Assembly: GCA_046563655.1 (NCBI GenBank)
Contig: CM102289.1
Coordinates: forward strand, 620,001 to 684,000
DNA from: Yuukianura sp. NJ FZ-2021
Lineage: Eukaryota
Reading direction: 5' to 3'
Length of the DNA stretch: 64,000 nt
Shown: one piece after another, positions 33,814 through 47,500 of the stretch
Position numbering within the stretch: the first letter of the stretch is position 1
How the letters are laid out: every line of letters begins with the position of its first letter
Notes under the pieces: model-generated
Database searches by the model: none
What the model saw: only the letters and a program-made list of their open reading frames with translations
Told to the model about the DNA's origin: nothing
Position numbers and translations under genes: made by a program

Positions 33814-36662
33814 TTAACTACTTAAACTTGTAACATGTGACGATGTAGCTACGTAACTTCGTTGCCTTAACTCAATCGTATTAGACCTGCGTATTCTTCT
33901 ACGAGTACATTTAGTTGAAATCCATGTTCCAACTTCTTTTAGTACAAGTTTCAGTTCGCTGCGAAATTTGGATCCGAGACATGCGTAGAGGATGAAATTG
34001 AGAGCAGAAATGATGAGTATGGGGAGACACACAATTGTTGCTGCAACTTCAGGCTCCACTCCCTTCAGAATAAAGTTGAGTTCCAGTGCAGCAGCCAAGA
34101 AGTTAAGCAGGATGAACACAAACACAACTGAAAGCAACATTCTAGTCAAGGAACTGTCATTTGCTGTACTTTGAGTGGTTGCAGTAAGGCGACGCTCTTT
34201 AGCTGCTTTGGTTACCTTAAACATAATACAACAATACATTTTATTACTTTAGTTTTGTGTTTTTTTATAACTTCTGTATTAAATTTACCGCTCGAACGAT
34301 GAGTATGTTGAGTGTGACGATAGTGACAAATGGAATGAAGTAGATGCATAGATACCAGAGCAGTTGCTGGTACATGATTTGGTAGAGTGGATATCTGTGC
34401 AACTGACGAGGAAAACTCCTGCTCCACTCAGGAGAAGATGCTTCGTAGTGCCATTTCACGAATTCAAAGCACCGCGGTAAATTGAAAAATGTTGCAAATC
34501 CAAATACTAACAGTGTGTACCGTCGTGCTTTACGTATTGTAAAAATCGCCGACACTTGCAGTGGTTTAGAAATGGCAACATAGCGCTCCACCGTAATCAA
34601 AATGGTCATGTACACCGACGCTGTGTACACTAGAGGAAAATATTAAGCGTATATGACATAACTTTATATAATAAATATACAAGTAGTTCAAGTATATAAC
34701 GAATGTAAGCTTAAATACTATTACTTGTTTTGTTGATTGGATAAGCAACATATCCATTCAAATTTGAGCGCTGAAATTTTTCATGAAACAAATTCCCGAA
34801 TTCCTCGGACGTCACAAATGACGTGACCAAGTACATGGAATCGCAGCATGTGAGTCCCAAGAGAAGTATGCTTGTTGAGCTGCGCATTCCCTTGCGCATG
34901 AGCACAGCGAAGCTCAAGCAGTTACAAGCAAGTCCAATACCACAAATACTGTAAACAAAAGCCATGTACGTGTTGTAGATTTGTGACAACAGCCTTGTAG
35001 TTATTTCCTTTTCCGAGAATCCATGTAATTTCAAATGACGTGCAATCCTGTACTCTTTTCTGAGCCATCCGTCCGCTCGTACATAGCTAAACCTGTATCC
35101 ATCTGCCCCGTTTAGGGTAAACAATAATATGTGTTCTCCTTCATAAGTGTGGTCGGGAAATGTTGCGTTTAAAATTGTTTTGATGACTGTTTTAAACTGA
35201 CCTTTGACCTTTTCTCCTGGGTCATACGCAGGCATTTTGATATATATCTTCTCAGGTCGAAGTTTCACAAATTCTGTAAGCAACGTTTCATCTAAAACAT
35301 CCTCTAAATCCAATTCAATATCCCGTACATGCGGAAAAATACTGCCAATATTGTTTAAAATTGTGTCGTCAATTGTACACCTCTTGAATGTCAAATGCCT
35401 TATATTTGACAACGGCCGTACTGGCAGAATTTTGGCTTTAACGTCAACAAACTGCAAATATAATTTCCTCATTGACCTCAATCCGGGTGACCCCAGGTCA
35501 ACTACGGGACACTCTTCATCCAAATACTGACAGTCGATGAGTAGAACTTCCAATTCATGGCTTTTCAAAATATCATCTAGTTTAGTATTCCACAAATACG
35601 AATTGTGTAATACAAGGTCTCGAAATTGTTTGGTTAAATTGAAAAGGCCGAGGTCAATGTCACCAAAGCTCAAGTCAATCCTCTGTAGTTTTGTGAATTG
35701 TTGTCTTAAGTGAGGAGGAGCCGAGTTGTGGCGAAAACTCAACGATTCTGTTTCAATTCTCAGGAGTGATTTGGGTGGAAGAATTGCGACGTCAATTGCT
35801 TCAGGAACTTTGCTATAAATATGTAGAGATTGAAGGTCAACAGCCGTCTTTATAAGCTGTGAAATTGTCCCACCGATGAGGTCATTGTAGTTCAAGGACA
35901 GAGTTTGTACATAGGTCAGGTTCAACGACTTCACATCTATTGTACAGTACTCTGTTTCGAATGTTTTGAACTCTGGAATCATGATGTGCAAAAGTCTCCA
36001 AATGGCGTCATCTTTAATGTTCTCTACTCCCAACCTTGAATTGCTCAATCGCAAGAATCCATCTTGTGCAGTAAATAAATGAATGTTAAAGTTCAAATGC
36101 TGAAGTACTGTGGATATCCCTGTTCCTGTGTTTGCATCTGTATAAAAGAAGACGACCGACTCTAACTCTTGTCCAACGCTATCAGCATATCGTGGATCAC
36201 GAATTGGTGCAAATGCAAAATATTTTAAATTTGGAAGCTGAATCCTTTGGAAATTCGTTTCATTGTTCCTCTCCCACTCTACGTCCTTCAACCTCAAAGT
36301 TGTCAAATTGGTACAATTGGTTAAAAAATTTGCGAGTATGGATCTCTTTACTCGCACAAATTTCAATACCACTGCATTCAGTGTACACTCACCATCCACT
36401 CCTAACATTTTTCAACTCCGTCGAAATCCTCCAGGAAAGTTTCGTTTCCTTCCAGTATCATTTTCTTTTCCTTTCAAAATAAAAATATATAGCATGTATT
36501 ATATTGAATTCTTTTATTTATAATTTATAAATAATTAAACGTTGCATATTAAATTTATATAAATATTTTGCTACTAAGTCTTGATGTACTTACCTTGAAA
36601 TACAATTCGCCCTTGGCCTCTGAAACAACCAAAAGTACTAAGAAATTCATGAACAAATTCAT
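33814..36662 (-). pseudogene. LRR-GPCR copy 2, frameshifted near the start of exon 2 (or an assembly error); exons 36662-36594, 36470-34725, 34629-34289, 34215-33814
   Basis: Same structure as copy 1, but 4 nt shorter at ~36410 (gttg-aaaa-atg vs gttg-tggagaaa-atg), giving ...GVEKC*. Confidence 0.7.
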
Positions 36663-37240
36663 ATTATAAATTCGACTGTAAATTTTTTTAAATTTCAAAA
36701 TTTGATGCCAGATTTTCTACTTCTTACGCTCTTTTGCGTTGTGAAGGTAAAACAAGGAAAGATATTTTTATGTAACGCAGTTGAACAAAAGTGCATAACT
36801 AATTAATCGAATACCAGCAAGAGACGGGAAGTTGATTTAAAGCTAATTTTAATTAAATTGACTTCAAGATCTAACGAAAGTTAGGTTCAAACGTCATTTA
36901 ACTTGCAAGACAAAATTAATTAACTCATTCTTGTACTTAGACTGTAATTAGAACACGGAAAATTTAGTTGCTTAAATTATTAGCAAGTGGTTTTTTAAGA
37001 GGTAACAAGTAACGTCAGTTTTTTCCTTACTTCCTTTTGTAGTTTCTTGTGAACAACATTTAAGAAAAAATGGTTTATCGAGCTAAAACAAATTAATTAG
37101 TAAAAATGGAATATGGATTTGTGGTGCAAATTTTGTAGCTTTTTCTTTGTAATGGTTCCTATGGGTAAATGTAGTCTAAATTGTTTTATATTTATGTAAT
37201 GATAGACGTATTATTGTTCTTGTACGATACATAAGTGAAA

Positions 37241-38585
37241 CTACCTTGCCCTACGATTGGTTAACTCAATCATATTTGATCTATCTATTGTGGTACGACT
37301 ACATTTGGTTAAAATCCACGTTCCAACTTCTTTTAGTAGAAGTTTTAATTCTTTTCGAAATTTGGATCCGAGAATGCAGTAGAGGATGAAATTGACGGCA
37401 GAATTGATGATTATGGGTAGACACACAATTGTGGCTGCCACTTCAGGTTCAACTCCCTTCAGAATAAAGATCAGTTCCAGTGCAGCAGCCGCAGAATTGC
37501 ACAGGATAAACACAAACACAACAGTCAGCAACATTCTGGTCAACGAACTGTCATGCGCAGTAGTATGTGTGGTGGCATTAAGGCGCCGTTCTCTTGCTGC
37601 TTTGATTACCTTACATGAACAATACATTACTTTAGTTTTTTTTTATATAACTTTCGTGTTAAAAGTTTTACCGCCTTGATGATGAGTATGTTGAGTGTAA
37701 CGATGGTAACAAACGGAATGAAGTAGAGGAATGTGTACCACAATACTTGCTGATAGATGATTTGGTATAGAGCGTATCTGTGCAACTGAAGTGGGAAATA
37801 TTTGCTCCACTCAGGAGACGATATTTCATACTTCAATTTTATAAATTCAAACCACCGCGGTAAATTCAGAGATGTTGCAAAGGCAAATACTAGTAGTACG
37901 TAACGGCGCGCTTTGCGAATTGTAAACATCGATGACGCATGGAGTGGCTTCGAAATTGCAACAAACCGTTCCACCGTAACCAAAATCGTCATGTACACCG
38001 ACGCTGTGTACACTAGGAATAAAGTTATATTCTTATACATTATCCATGATTCGTTAAGGATATACCCATGTATATCCTTAATTATACACGGGTATATTCT
38101 TACGCTAGATATACCCATATATTCAAATTTTTTCATATTCATTTTCAACCAAATTATTTTAAATTTAATAAAATAAGTTTAATAATAACTTTTTGGCATA
38201 AAGTCAATTAGTGTGCTTACTTGTCTTGCTGATTGGATAAGCCACGTACCCATTCCATTTCGAGCGCAGCAAATTCTCATGAAACAAATTACTGAATTCC
38301 TCCGACGTGACAAACGTCGTAATCAAGTACATGGAGTCGCAACATGTGAGTCCCAAGAGAAGTATGCTTGTTGAGCTGTGCATTGTTTTGCGCATGAGCA
38401 CAAATAAGCTCATGCAGTTGCATACAAGTCCAAGGACACATATACAAAAAACAACCATTTGGTAAGTTTGGTGAATTTGTTGCAGAAATGTCGACGTTAG
38501 CTTCCATCTCGACATGCCGAACAATTCCAAAAGATTGACAATCCTTCGATGTCCCAGGAACAAACTATAATCAGAATCGGCGTAC
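37241..38585 (-). pseudogene. LRR-GPCR copy 3, 3' part (7TM); exons 38585-38221, 38012-37672, 37609-37241
   Basis: 7TM exons paralogous to copies 1 and 2, cut off from the ectodomain by insertions. Confidence 0.8.
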
Positions 38586-40373
38586 CAGGAGCCCCACTTA
38601 TAAAAGTTTAGCCGACCGCGGTAGAACTGCCCGCCGAAAAAATTCAAAAATTTACGGCATTTGGTACTTATAAAACAAGAGTAAGGAGTGTGGCAGAGAG
38701 TGCTGCAACTCCTACCTCACCCCTTTCTCTTCCTCTTGTTTCCCCATTGAGAACTTTCTCACGGTAGCCAAATCGCTACCTATAAAGAGCTCCGCCCCTC
38801 GAGAGTAGAGTGACGTATGTGGTAAATCTACGGACTCTCGAGGGGTGCTCTAAAGTTACCGCAGTCAATCTTCTATCACTTCAAATAGAGTTCACAATGA
38901 AACTAATAGTAAATTTAACTAATTTAAGGTACTTTGTGGTTAAATAAGGTGATGTTAGTAGTTTGTGAAGTTAAACTGGCTTGTGAGGTCATCATTATCA
39001 TCACTACGTTCATGAGCAGCACACTTCCATTTGTACTAGGTAATAACAATTGGGTTCCCATAAGGAACCCGTTCATTTGGCCAATAAACGTCAATTCGCG
39101 AATGTGAAGTCACCATTCAATTAAATTGTCATCCAGAGATTGTCAAAGGTCACTGATCGTTATCGCTAGTTGTCATTTTCATTACATTGTCCTAAGGTGC
39201 TGTGTAGGTTAGCTGAAGGGAGCTCTATCTGGTTAGGAGCATGTCATGATCAGTTAAACACAATAGTTATCGATATGACCATTGTTGAGTGATTAGTGGG
39301 TATAGTAATCATTGTTAGTGGCTATTGTCATAAACATGATGAAGCAGCTGATCTCTGTTTTGTTTTGAAACTGAAATGTTTTGGAGCTGCGGAGTCTGCG
39401 TACTCCTCCAACCCCTCCACCTCACCTAACTCGGAGAAAAGTTCCTCAAATCTACCACAATGAGGGAAAGTGTTTTATAAGTAAGGAAATCCGAGTGCGG
39501 TAAGTGATTCGGCTAAACTTAGGCTATGCCAAAGTTAGGCTAGCCTATGTTTATAAGTAGGCTTCCAGTACACCGATGCCCCTAGATGGAACGTTACCAA
39601 CCTATCACTTTCAAATTTATCGTCGGGAAGTGTTACGTTTAATGTGGCGTTCATGATTGAGTTGAAATGAGCTTTGACCTTTGCGCTAGGGTCCAAAAAA
39701 GGCATTTTAACCTCGATCTCCCGAGGTCGGAGTTTAGCAACCGTCAGAAGCAACCGTTCAGATAAAACATCCTCCATGTCCAACGTAACTGTTGTTGCAC
39801 TGGGAAAGATACTTTTAAAATTGTCTAAAACTGTGTCGTCAAGTTTACATCCGATTAGTGTCAAGTTTTTTAAATTTGGCAACGGCCGCACTCGTTCGTT
39901 TGTGGATCTAACTTCAACAAAATACAATTCTAATTCGAATAATGTCTCCATTCCAAGTGTATCTATGTAAATTACAGGGCATTCCTCATCAAAATTCTGA
40001 CAGTTGATCACAAAGACCCCCAGTTCATAACTATTCAAAATGTCATCTACTGTAGGGTTCCACAGATATGCATTGTGTAGGGACAAAGAATAAAAATTTT
40101 TGGATAAATTGAAAACACTAAGATCGAGGTCGCCATATTGAACTGTAACTGATTCTAATTTGGGGAAGTATCGCAAGTGAGGTGGAGCAGAATTATAACG
40201 GAAACTGATGGATTTTGTTACAATTGTGACGAGTGATTTCGCGGGAAGAAGTGCGACGTCAATTGCTTCAGGAACTTTGCTATAAATTGTAAGGTTTTCA
40301 ACTACAACTGCTGACTTTAAAATTTTTGACATAGTGCCGCTGACGAGGTCAATGTCATACAACCACAAAGTTT
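38579..40373. repeat. 1.8-kb direct duplication, copy A (TIR element + partial LRR exon)
   Basis: Near-identical to 51432-53228; a 2-bp indel and a T/S codon change were seen. Confidence 0.95.
38586..39568. mobile_element. Non-autonomous TIR element (983 bp) inserted in the coding exon of LRR-GPCR copy 3
   Basis: Imperfect TIRs caggagccccacttataaa / tttataagtaggcttccag; (g)tac duplication; removing it restores the frame G-A-S-V-Y-A-D-S-D. Confidence 0.8.
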
Positions 40374-41562
40374 CGGAGTCAGACTAGACTTTGGAGTTGA
40401 CTTTGGAGTTGGTGACGTCACTGGCTTTGCAGTTTCGGAGTTTAACGCCACTTCCTCCTCCTCCAAATTTTGGAACGAAAACGGAGAGGTCCGTGCGTCG
40501 AGTAATTGGTCCTGGTGACGACGGTACCTACTATTCTCAAATTGGACAACAACAGTTACAGGACCTTTGAATTCCACAATTTCACCTAATGACCATTTTG
40601 GATAATCTTTTTTGAACGATTTAAACCAAACCCGTTGGCCAATGTGAAATTCCCTGTGTCTCGCTCCTTTGTCGAAGTTTGACTTCTGCTGTTCCTGCTG
40701 AGACGAGACAGTCTGTTTGACGTCAGGACGGAGAAGATCGAACAGTGAACGTAGACGACGACCTTGGAGTAACTCGCATGGTGCGACTCCAGTGGTGATA
40801 TGAGGAGTAATCCTGTATTGGAACAAGAAATTTTGCACAAAATAATCCAAATCACCCTTACTTTCAATTGACTTCTTGAAAGTGTTGACGAAGTTCTCTG
40901 CTTCGCCATTGGACCGAGGATGGTAAACGGAGCTCGTAGTATGTTTCACTCCGTTCGACTTCAGGAATTGTTCAAATTCGGCTGAAGTGAACTGACGTCC
41001 GTTGTCTGTTACCACCTGTCTTGGAATTCCAAATCGCACAAAACACTCGCGAAATTTTGAAATTAAAGCATGAGATGTCGAATTAGAGTTTAGACAAAAT
41101 ACCTCTGGCCACTTACTATGTGCATCCACGATCAGCAGCCACATTTTACCTTTGAATGGGCCTGCCAGATCTGCGTGGAGACGATGCCAGGGTTTTTGGG
41201 GAAACTCCCAAGGATGAAGTTCGGCTGGTGGTGGGTCCTTGGCTGACTCACGGCAGTGGGTACAACGTTTTGTGACTTGCTCAATGTCACTGTCCAGTTT
41301 AGGCCACCAGAAAAATTCTCGGGCAAGAGACTTCATTTTGACGATTCCAGTATGAGCAGAATGAAGTTCCTGGAGGAGTTGCTCTCTCAATTTTTCTGGA
41401 ATGAGTACCCGGATACCCCATAGGACAACGTTACTAGCGATTGTCAACTCTTCCTTCCGTAGAAAGTATGGGTACAAGGGGTCGTTTTTGTCCACTTTGT
41501 CTGGCCAACCGTCACGAATGTACCTAAAAACCTGCGATAAAATTTTATCTTTTTTAGCGTAC
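40374..41562 (-). CDS. Gypsy integrase (3' part of the same polyprotein)
   Basis: LHSAHTG..CTHC, LHADLAGP, VTDNG, SNGEAE; rejoins the 5' part in frame (EIQR-YAKKD) when BEL is removed. Confidence 0.9.
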
Positions 41563-41567
41563 CTCTG

Positions 41568-44500
41568 TGTTAGTGGCTCTGGTGGATTTCATAATTTGTC
41601 TTTGGTTGACATTGGAAGTCAACCAAGGGCAAATTATGAACTCATAAAAAAGAGTGAGACGTCAAGGCCGGGGTCAGTGTTGACTTTGAGAGGTCAGTGT
41701 TGACTCTGGCTGGAGACCCTATTGGAGGAGTGTTGACTTTGCTGTGGACAAAGTTAACACTCCTCTTGGCCTTGACTGTGGACGCGTGTGGCGTTGACAG
41801 AGAGCCACACAGAGAGAAGCAGATCGTGTCCAGCCACTGAGCCACCAACATCTCTCTCTCTTCCCTGTCTGTCTGTGTGTGTGATCACAATTATTGTTAG
41901 TTTTAAGAAATCTTTAACCTTGAGCAAATAAAAGTGCTCATAAAATTGGATTTTCTGTGTCACACAACGTTTTCTCAAATTCAAACAATTGACAGTTCAA
42001 GGTTAGGTCCCGAAAGTGACCAAGTCACAAACATTTTTCCAATTTTGAGACTTTAGTGTCAATTGTACGTCCTTGACCTTGTGTCAAGTAGCCTTGTGCC
42101 ACCAATTGTACTTGTGTCTAGTGACTGTTGAGACACCCCCCTCGTGTTTTTGTGCTATCGAGTGACCTAGTGTCAATAGTTCATCATGGTCAAGTCAGAA
42201 ATTGACATGTTGGGATCCGATATTGCCTTCGCATCCAACTCAATCCTCACATTCCAAAATCGTTATGGTGGATGGCTGACTCCCGGCAGATCTGTGACGA
42301 CGGCGGAAATCCAACTAACTTGGGACGAGGTCAAGGAGCTTCAAGCTGAGGTCAAAGGTCTTCGAAGGAGGTGGTTTAGTCTCCCCGACGACGAGGACAA
42401 GACCAAAGCTGAATTGGGCGAATCCCTGGCGACATTGGAAAACTCCGTATTTTCCATTCTGGTGAAGGTGGGAGAGATCCACCGGAAGAGAATGGAGTCC
42501 AACAAAGCTGCCACCGATGCCCTTGGAAGGTCATCGCCATTTCGCCTTGAAAAGCTCAGTGTTCCAAAGTTCAATGGGCGAGTGGAGGAATGGCAAGACT
42601 TTGAAGATTTGTTCAAGTCAGCAGTCTCCAGCAATCCAGGTTTGTCAGATGCTGATAAGATTGCTTATCTCAAACAAGCTCTGACAGGAGATGCATCTTC
42701 AATCGTCTCTCGCTTTCCAACCACAAATTCCAGTTTTAATGAAGCTTGGGAACTTGTCGTCAAAAGGTACAGTAATCTGAGAGAAATTGTTTTTGCTCAC
42801 ATGCGAAAGTTCTTCGATTTGCATACCGTCCCAGACTCAGCTACAGGTCTCCGTCAACTGTGTGACGTCATCAACGAATGCGTTCGTTCATTGAAAAATC
42901 TTAAAGTTCCAGTGGAACATTGGGATTTAGTTTTCATCTTTGTCGGTCTCCAGAAAATGGACCCAATGTCCAGGAAGGAGTGGCTTCTCGTGCAAGGAAG
43001 TGATCTTCCTAAACTTCCCAAGTTTCTGGAATTTTTTGAAACAAGAGCCACCGCCCTTGCTGACTCTCATTCCAAGAAAACATGTCCCAAGGTCAAATCC
43101 GAGTCAAAATCCGACTCAAAATCTGCAAATTTTTCATCGGGAATCAAACCCACCTCTCCATCCGGCTCAAATGCTGAACCAACTGCTTCCGGCTCGTCAA
43201 CAAAATGTGATCTCTGTGGTGAGTCACATTTTCTGTTTCAGTGTTCTACATTTAAAAAGTTAAATGTCAAAGACCGACTTGACTTTGTGCGCAAGTCTCG
43301 TCGGTGTTTCAACTGCTTCCGGAAGTCCTGTTCTGCTGAGAAGTGCGAGAGGGAAAAGTGTAAAAAATGTTCAAAGCCCCACCACACACTTTTACACTTT
43401 GAACAGAAAAAACAAACTGCCACCTCTACACACCAATCATCAAGTGAAGCCACCAGTGGGTCTCAAGTGGACACAACCGTGCAGTCTCCGAGTGTGAACC
43501 AGACCAGTTCTGGACATTGTTCTCCAGAGAACAATTCAGCACATGTGGTGCTTATGGAGACTGTGTTGGTTGATGTGTTAGATTCAAATGGCGACAAGCA
43601 ACAGTGTCGTGTATTTTTGGATAGTGGGTCCGAGTCCCACTTCGTTTCTGAGCAGTGTGTGGATCGCCTCGGATTACCACGTGAAAAGACTTGCGTGAAC
43701 ATTTGCGGAATCGGCGGTGCGACTGCGGAAACTTCCAGAGGATTAGTCACCCTCAAAATTTTTTCACACCTCAACAATTACTCTGTTCAATTCAAAGCCT
43801 TGGTGTTAAAAAAGGTGACTGGCTCCAAATTACCCCGATCAACAATCACATCATCGCTTAACTATTTAGGAGAAATCGAGTTGGCTGACTCTACATTTGC
43901 ATCACCAGGGCCAGTGGACATTCTAATTGGTGCCCCACTAATTGTTGAATTCAACCGTCCAGGCCTCATTCGTGGCCCCAAAGGTTTCCCATCTGCTCGA
44001 AATACAGTTTTCGGGTGGGTACTTTCTGGAGTTGCCCCAAGCGACTCTAGTTGTGCAAATAATGTTCAAGTTCTTCATTCTCGTTGTTCAAAGGACGATC
44101 GTTGTATTGATTCTACGCTTAAAAAGTTTTGGGAACTTGAGGAGCCTTGTGCCGTACCTCAACCCACTACTAAAGAAGATGAACAGTGTGAAAAGTGGTT
44201 TCAGTCATCTGTTCGAAAGTTAGAAACTGGTGAATATTCCATTGGACTTCCCTTCGTGTCTGGATTTTCTGGACTTGGTTCCTCTCGTGCTGCTGCACTA
44301 CGTCGTTTGACCAGTGTAGAGAAGTCACTGGCCAAAAATCCAGAAATGCTAATTTCATATCATCAACAGTTTCGTGAGTACATTTCTAAAGGTTGGTTAG
44401 TGACTGTTCCTGTTTCTGATTTGCAGAATCCTAACTCCTACTACATGCCACATCATGTAGTAACCAAGGAAGACAGCACTACCACCAAATACCGAATTGT

Positions 44501-47500
44501 TTTCGATGCCAGTGCCAAGTCGTCAAATGGACTTTCCCTGAACAGCGTTCTAAAAACTGGCCCAAAACTCCAAGTTGATCTGGTTCCACTTTTACTCCAT
44601 TTTCGTACTCATATTGTTGCCATGTCTGCTGACATAACCAAATTCTACAATTGTTTTTCTATACACAGTGATGACAGTAACTACCAACGTCTACTCTACC
44701 GTCCTTCTCCAAGTGACCCAGTGAGGGACATGAAAATGACCCGAGTGACATTTGGTGTTGCCCCCGCTCCTTTTCTGGCCATTCGTTGTCTCCACCAGTT
44801 GGCAGATGACAACTTTGAAAAATATCCGGCCGCATGTCAAGTCATCAAAAAAGAATTTCTCGTGGACAATTTATTGTCAGGAGCCCCGTCAGTGGACGAA
44901 GCCATCCAACTACAACAAGAACTGCTCAGTGTCATGCGATTTGGGAAGCTCGAACTGCGAAAATGGACTTCGAACAGTCCAATCGTCGTTTCATCTGTCA
45001 CTTCCGAAAATCAGGCGAAAAGTCACACCCTTGAAATTACAGAAGACGGAACAGTGAAAACAATCGGATTACTGTGGAATCCGTCTCTTGACACTTTCAG
45101 TGTGAAATTGAATTCCAATCTCCACTCCAATTCACCTTCCAAGCTTCCTGGACCAATTCCAGTCAGCACCACCAAACGAAAAGTTCTTTCCAGCATTGCC
45201 AGGATTTTTGATCCTTTGGGCTGGTTGTCACCCGTTATCATTCGTCCAAAGATCCTCATGCAGAAATTGTGGAAGGCGAATCTGGACTGGGACTCTCCAC
45301 TTCCTGACGATTTGTTGGACGAATGGTACAACTATACAATCGACATCGTCCGTCTAAATTCATTTTTTGTTCCAAGGTGTGTCGTACACTCCAACCTTAC
45401 TTCAACCGAATTCGAACTCCATGGTTTTTGTGATGCCAGTATCTCAGCATATTCTGCCTGTGTTTACTTGAAAGTGTTTTCAAGTACCGTTCCTCCAATT
45501 GTTAATCTCCTTTGTGCAAAAACTTGTGTTGCTCCAGTGAAAGGAGAAACAATTCCCCGTTTGGAACTATGTGGAGCAGTGTTGTTGGCCAAATTAATGA
45601 CAACCGTCATTTCTTCACTTCAACTCCACATTTCGTCCATTAACTGCTGGTGTGATTCCACCTGTGTGCTGAACTGGATCAATTCAGACAAAAAATTGGA
45701 CATTTTTGTGCATAATCGTGTTCGCAAAATATCTTCACTCCTCCCCTCTGCTGAGTGGAATCATGTTGATGGTGATGAAAATCCAGCGGATTGTGCTTCA
45801 CGTGGAATTACCGTATTCCAGTTTTTGAAACATCCATTGTGGCTACATGGTCCAGAATGGCTACAAAAATCCGCTCCCATGGCTACCACCAACAATACAT
45901 CTCAAGTAGTTACTCCATCCAATTGGTTTTTCGAGACGGTGGGAGCATTTATCCAAAAATGTGACTCATTTCTTAAAATGAAACGTTCTGTAGCAGTGTG
46001 GATTCGGTACGTCAACAATTTAAATCCAAAATGTGAAAGTGACACCGGACCTTTGAAAGTTCAGGAACTTGACCACGCCCTCATTGTGCTTGTTCGTTGT
46101 GTTCAGTTGGAAACGTTCTCTGGTGAACTGGATTGGTGCAAAAGGAAAAACACGTCTCCAAGTACCGTAAAATCCCTTACGCCGTTCGTTGACGTAAGTG
46201 GAGTTTTACGGGTGGGAGGGAGACTGCGTCATAGTTTCTGGTCCTATGACCAAAAACATCCAATTCTACTTCCTCGCAGCCACCATTTTACTACTTGTGT
46301 CGTCAGACATGTGCACCAATCGAACAACCATCCTGGACCCCAATTGCTACTTTCTCTCGTTCGTGACAAGTTTTGGATTCCAAATGGACCAAAGGTTTGC
46401 TCGTCAGTTGTACGGAAGTGCATCATATGTCATAAGGTCAGTCCTAAAGTGTTAGGACAGAAGATGGGCCAATTACCAATGTCACGAGTGACCCCAACCT
46501 TACCATTCACCCACGTCGGAGTGGACTATGCTGGTGCATTTCACGTCAATGCAACTCCTGGACGTAACCCGAGACTTCTAAAAGCATATGTGGCAGTGTT
46601 CGTCTGTTTAGCAGTGAAAGCGATTCACTTAGAGTTTGTAAGTGACCTGTCCACACCCGCGTTCTTAAGCGCATTTGACCGTTTTGTGTCTACCAGAGGC
46701 TGCCCTTCAAAAATACTTTGTGATGGTGGGAGAAACTTTCTTGGTGCCAAAAATGAAATTGAAGAATTCCAGCAGTTCGTCACTTCCACATCTCATGTTG
46801 ACCAAGTGTCAAAGTTTTTCGTGGATCAAAATGTGGAATTTGTCATTAATCCACCCTATGCTCCACATTTTGGCGGAATCTTTGAAGCCGGAGTCAAATC
46901 CATGAAGAGCCATCTTCATCGTGTTGCTGGTGACCGTCGACTTTCTATTGAAGAATTCTGGACACTTCTCAAGAGAATCGAAGCAACCCTCAACTCTCGC
47001 CCTTTGACCCCAATGTCATCAGATGCCAACGACTTCTCTGCCCTAACTCCTGGACATTTTCTGATTGGACGATCCTTGAAGGCCGCACCCCAGATGAACT
47101 TGGACGGGTTCAAAGTTCATCAACTGACACGCTGGCAGCATGTGCAGCAGATGGCACAGCACTTTTCTCGTCGTTGGAGTTCCCAGTACCTCCAGTCCCT
47201 CCAGAAAACACCGAAGTGGTTTGCAGAGCAGGAGAACCTTGGAGTCGGAACCCTCGTTCTGCTCAACGACAGTGACTCGGACCTTGGACCACAAAAATGG
47301 ACGCTGGGACGGATCACTGCGGTGTACCCTGGAAAGGACAACCTCGTACGAGTTTGCGATGTCAATGTTCCTGTGATTGACGCCAAGGGAAACGTCACCA
47401 TCAAGACTTACAACCGTCCCATTGTCAAGGTTTCCCCTGTCCCGATCGACGATGGTACTTATACGTATGCGTATAAATCATAAGTTACTTCAAATACAAA

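Noticed and set aside
30205..38647. Calling these genes ordinary FMRFamide receptors or LGR/glycoprotein hormone receptors
   Set aside because: The long LRR ectodomain is in the same ORF as TM1-2, and the 7TM motifs are FMRFaR-like rather than LGR-like
40317..40400. Integrase-LRR fusion protein at the Gypsy/duplication junction
   Set aside because: The integrase frame enters the LRR sequence out of frame and stops after ~18 codons
41754..41984. Duplicated 76-aa ORF (also at 48039-48269)
   Set aside because: Antisense ORF within the two BEL LTRs; the duplication is explained by the LTRs
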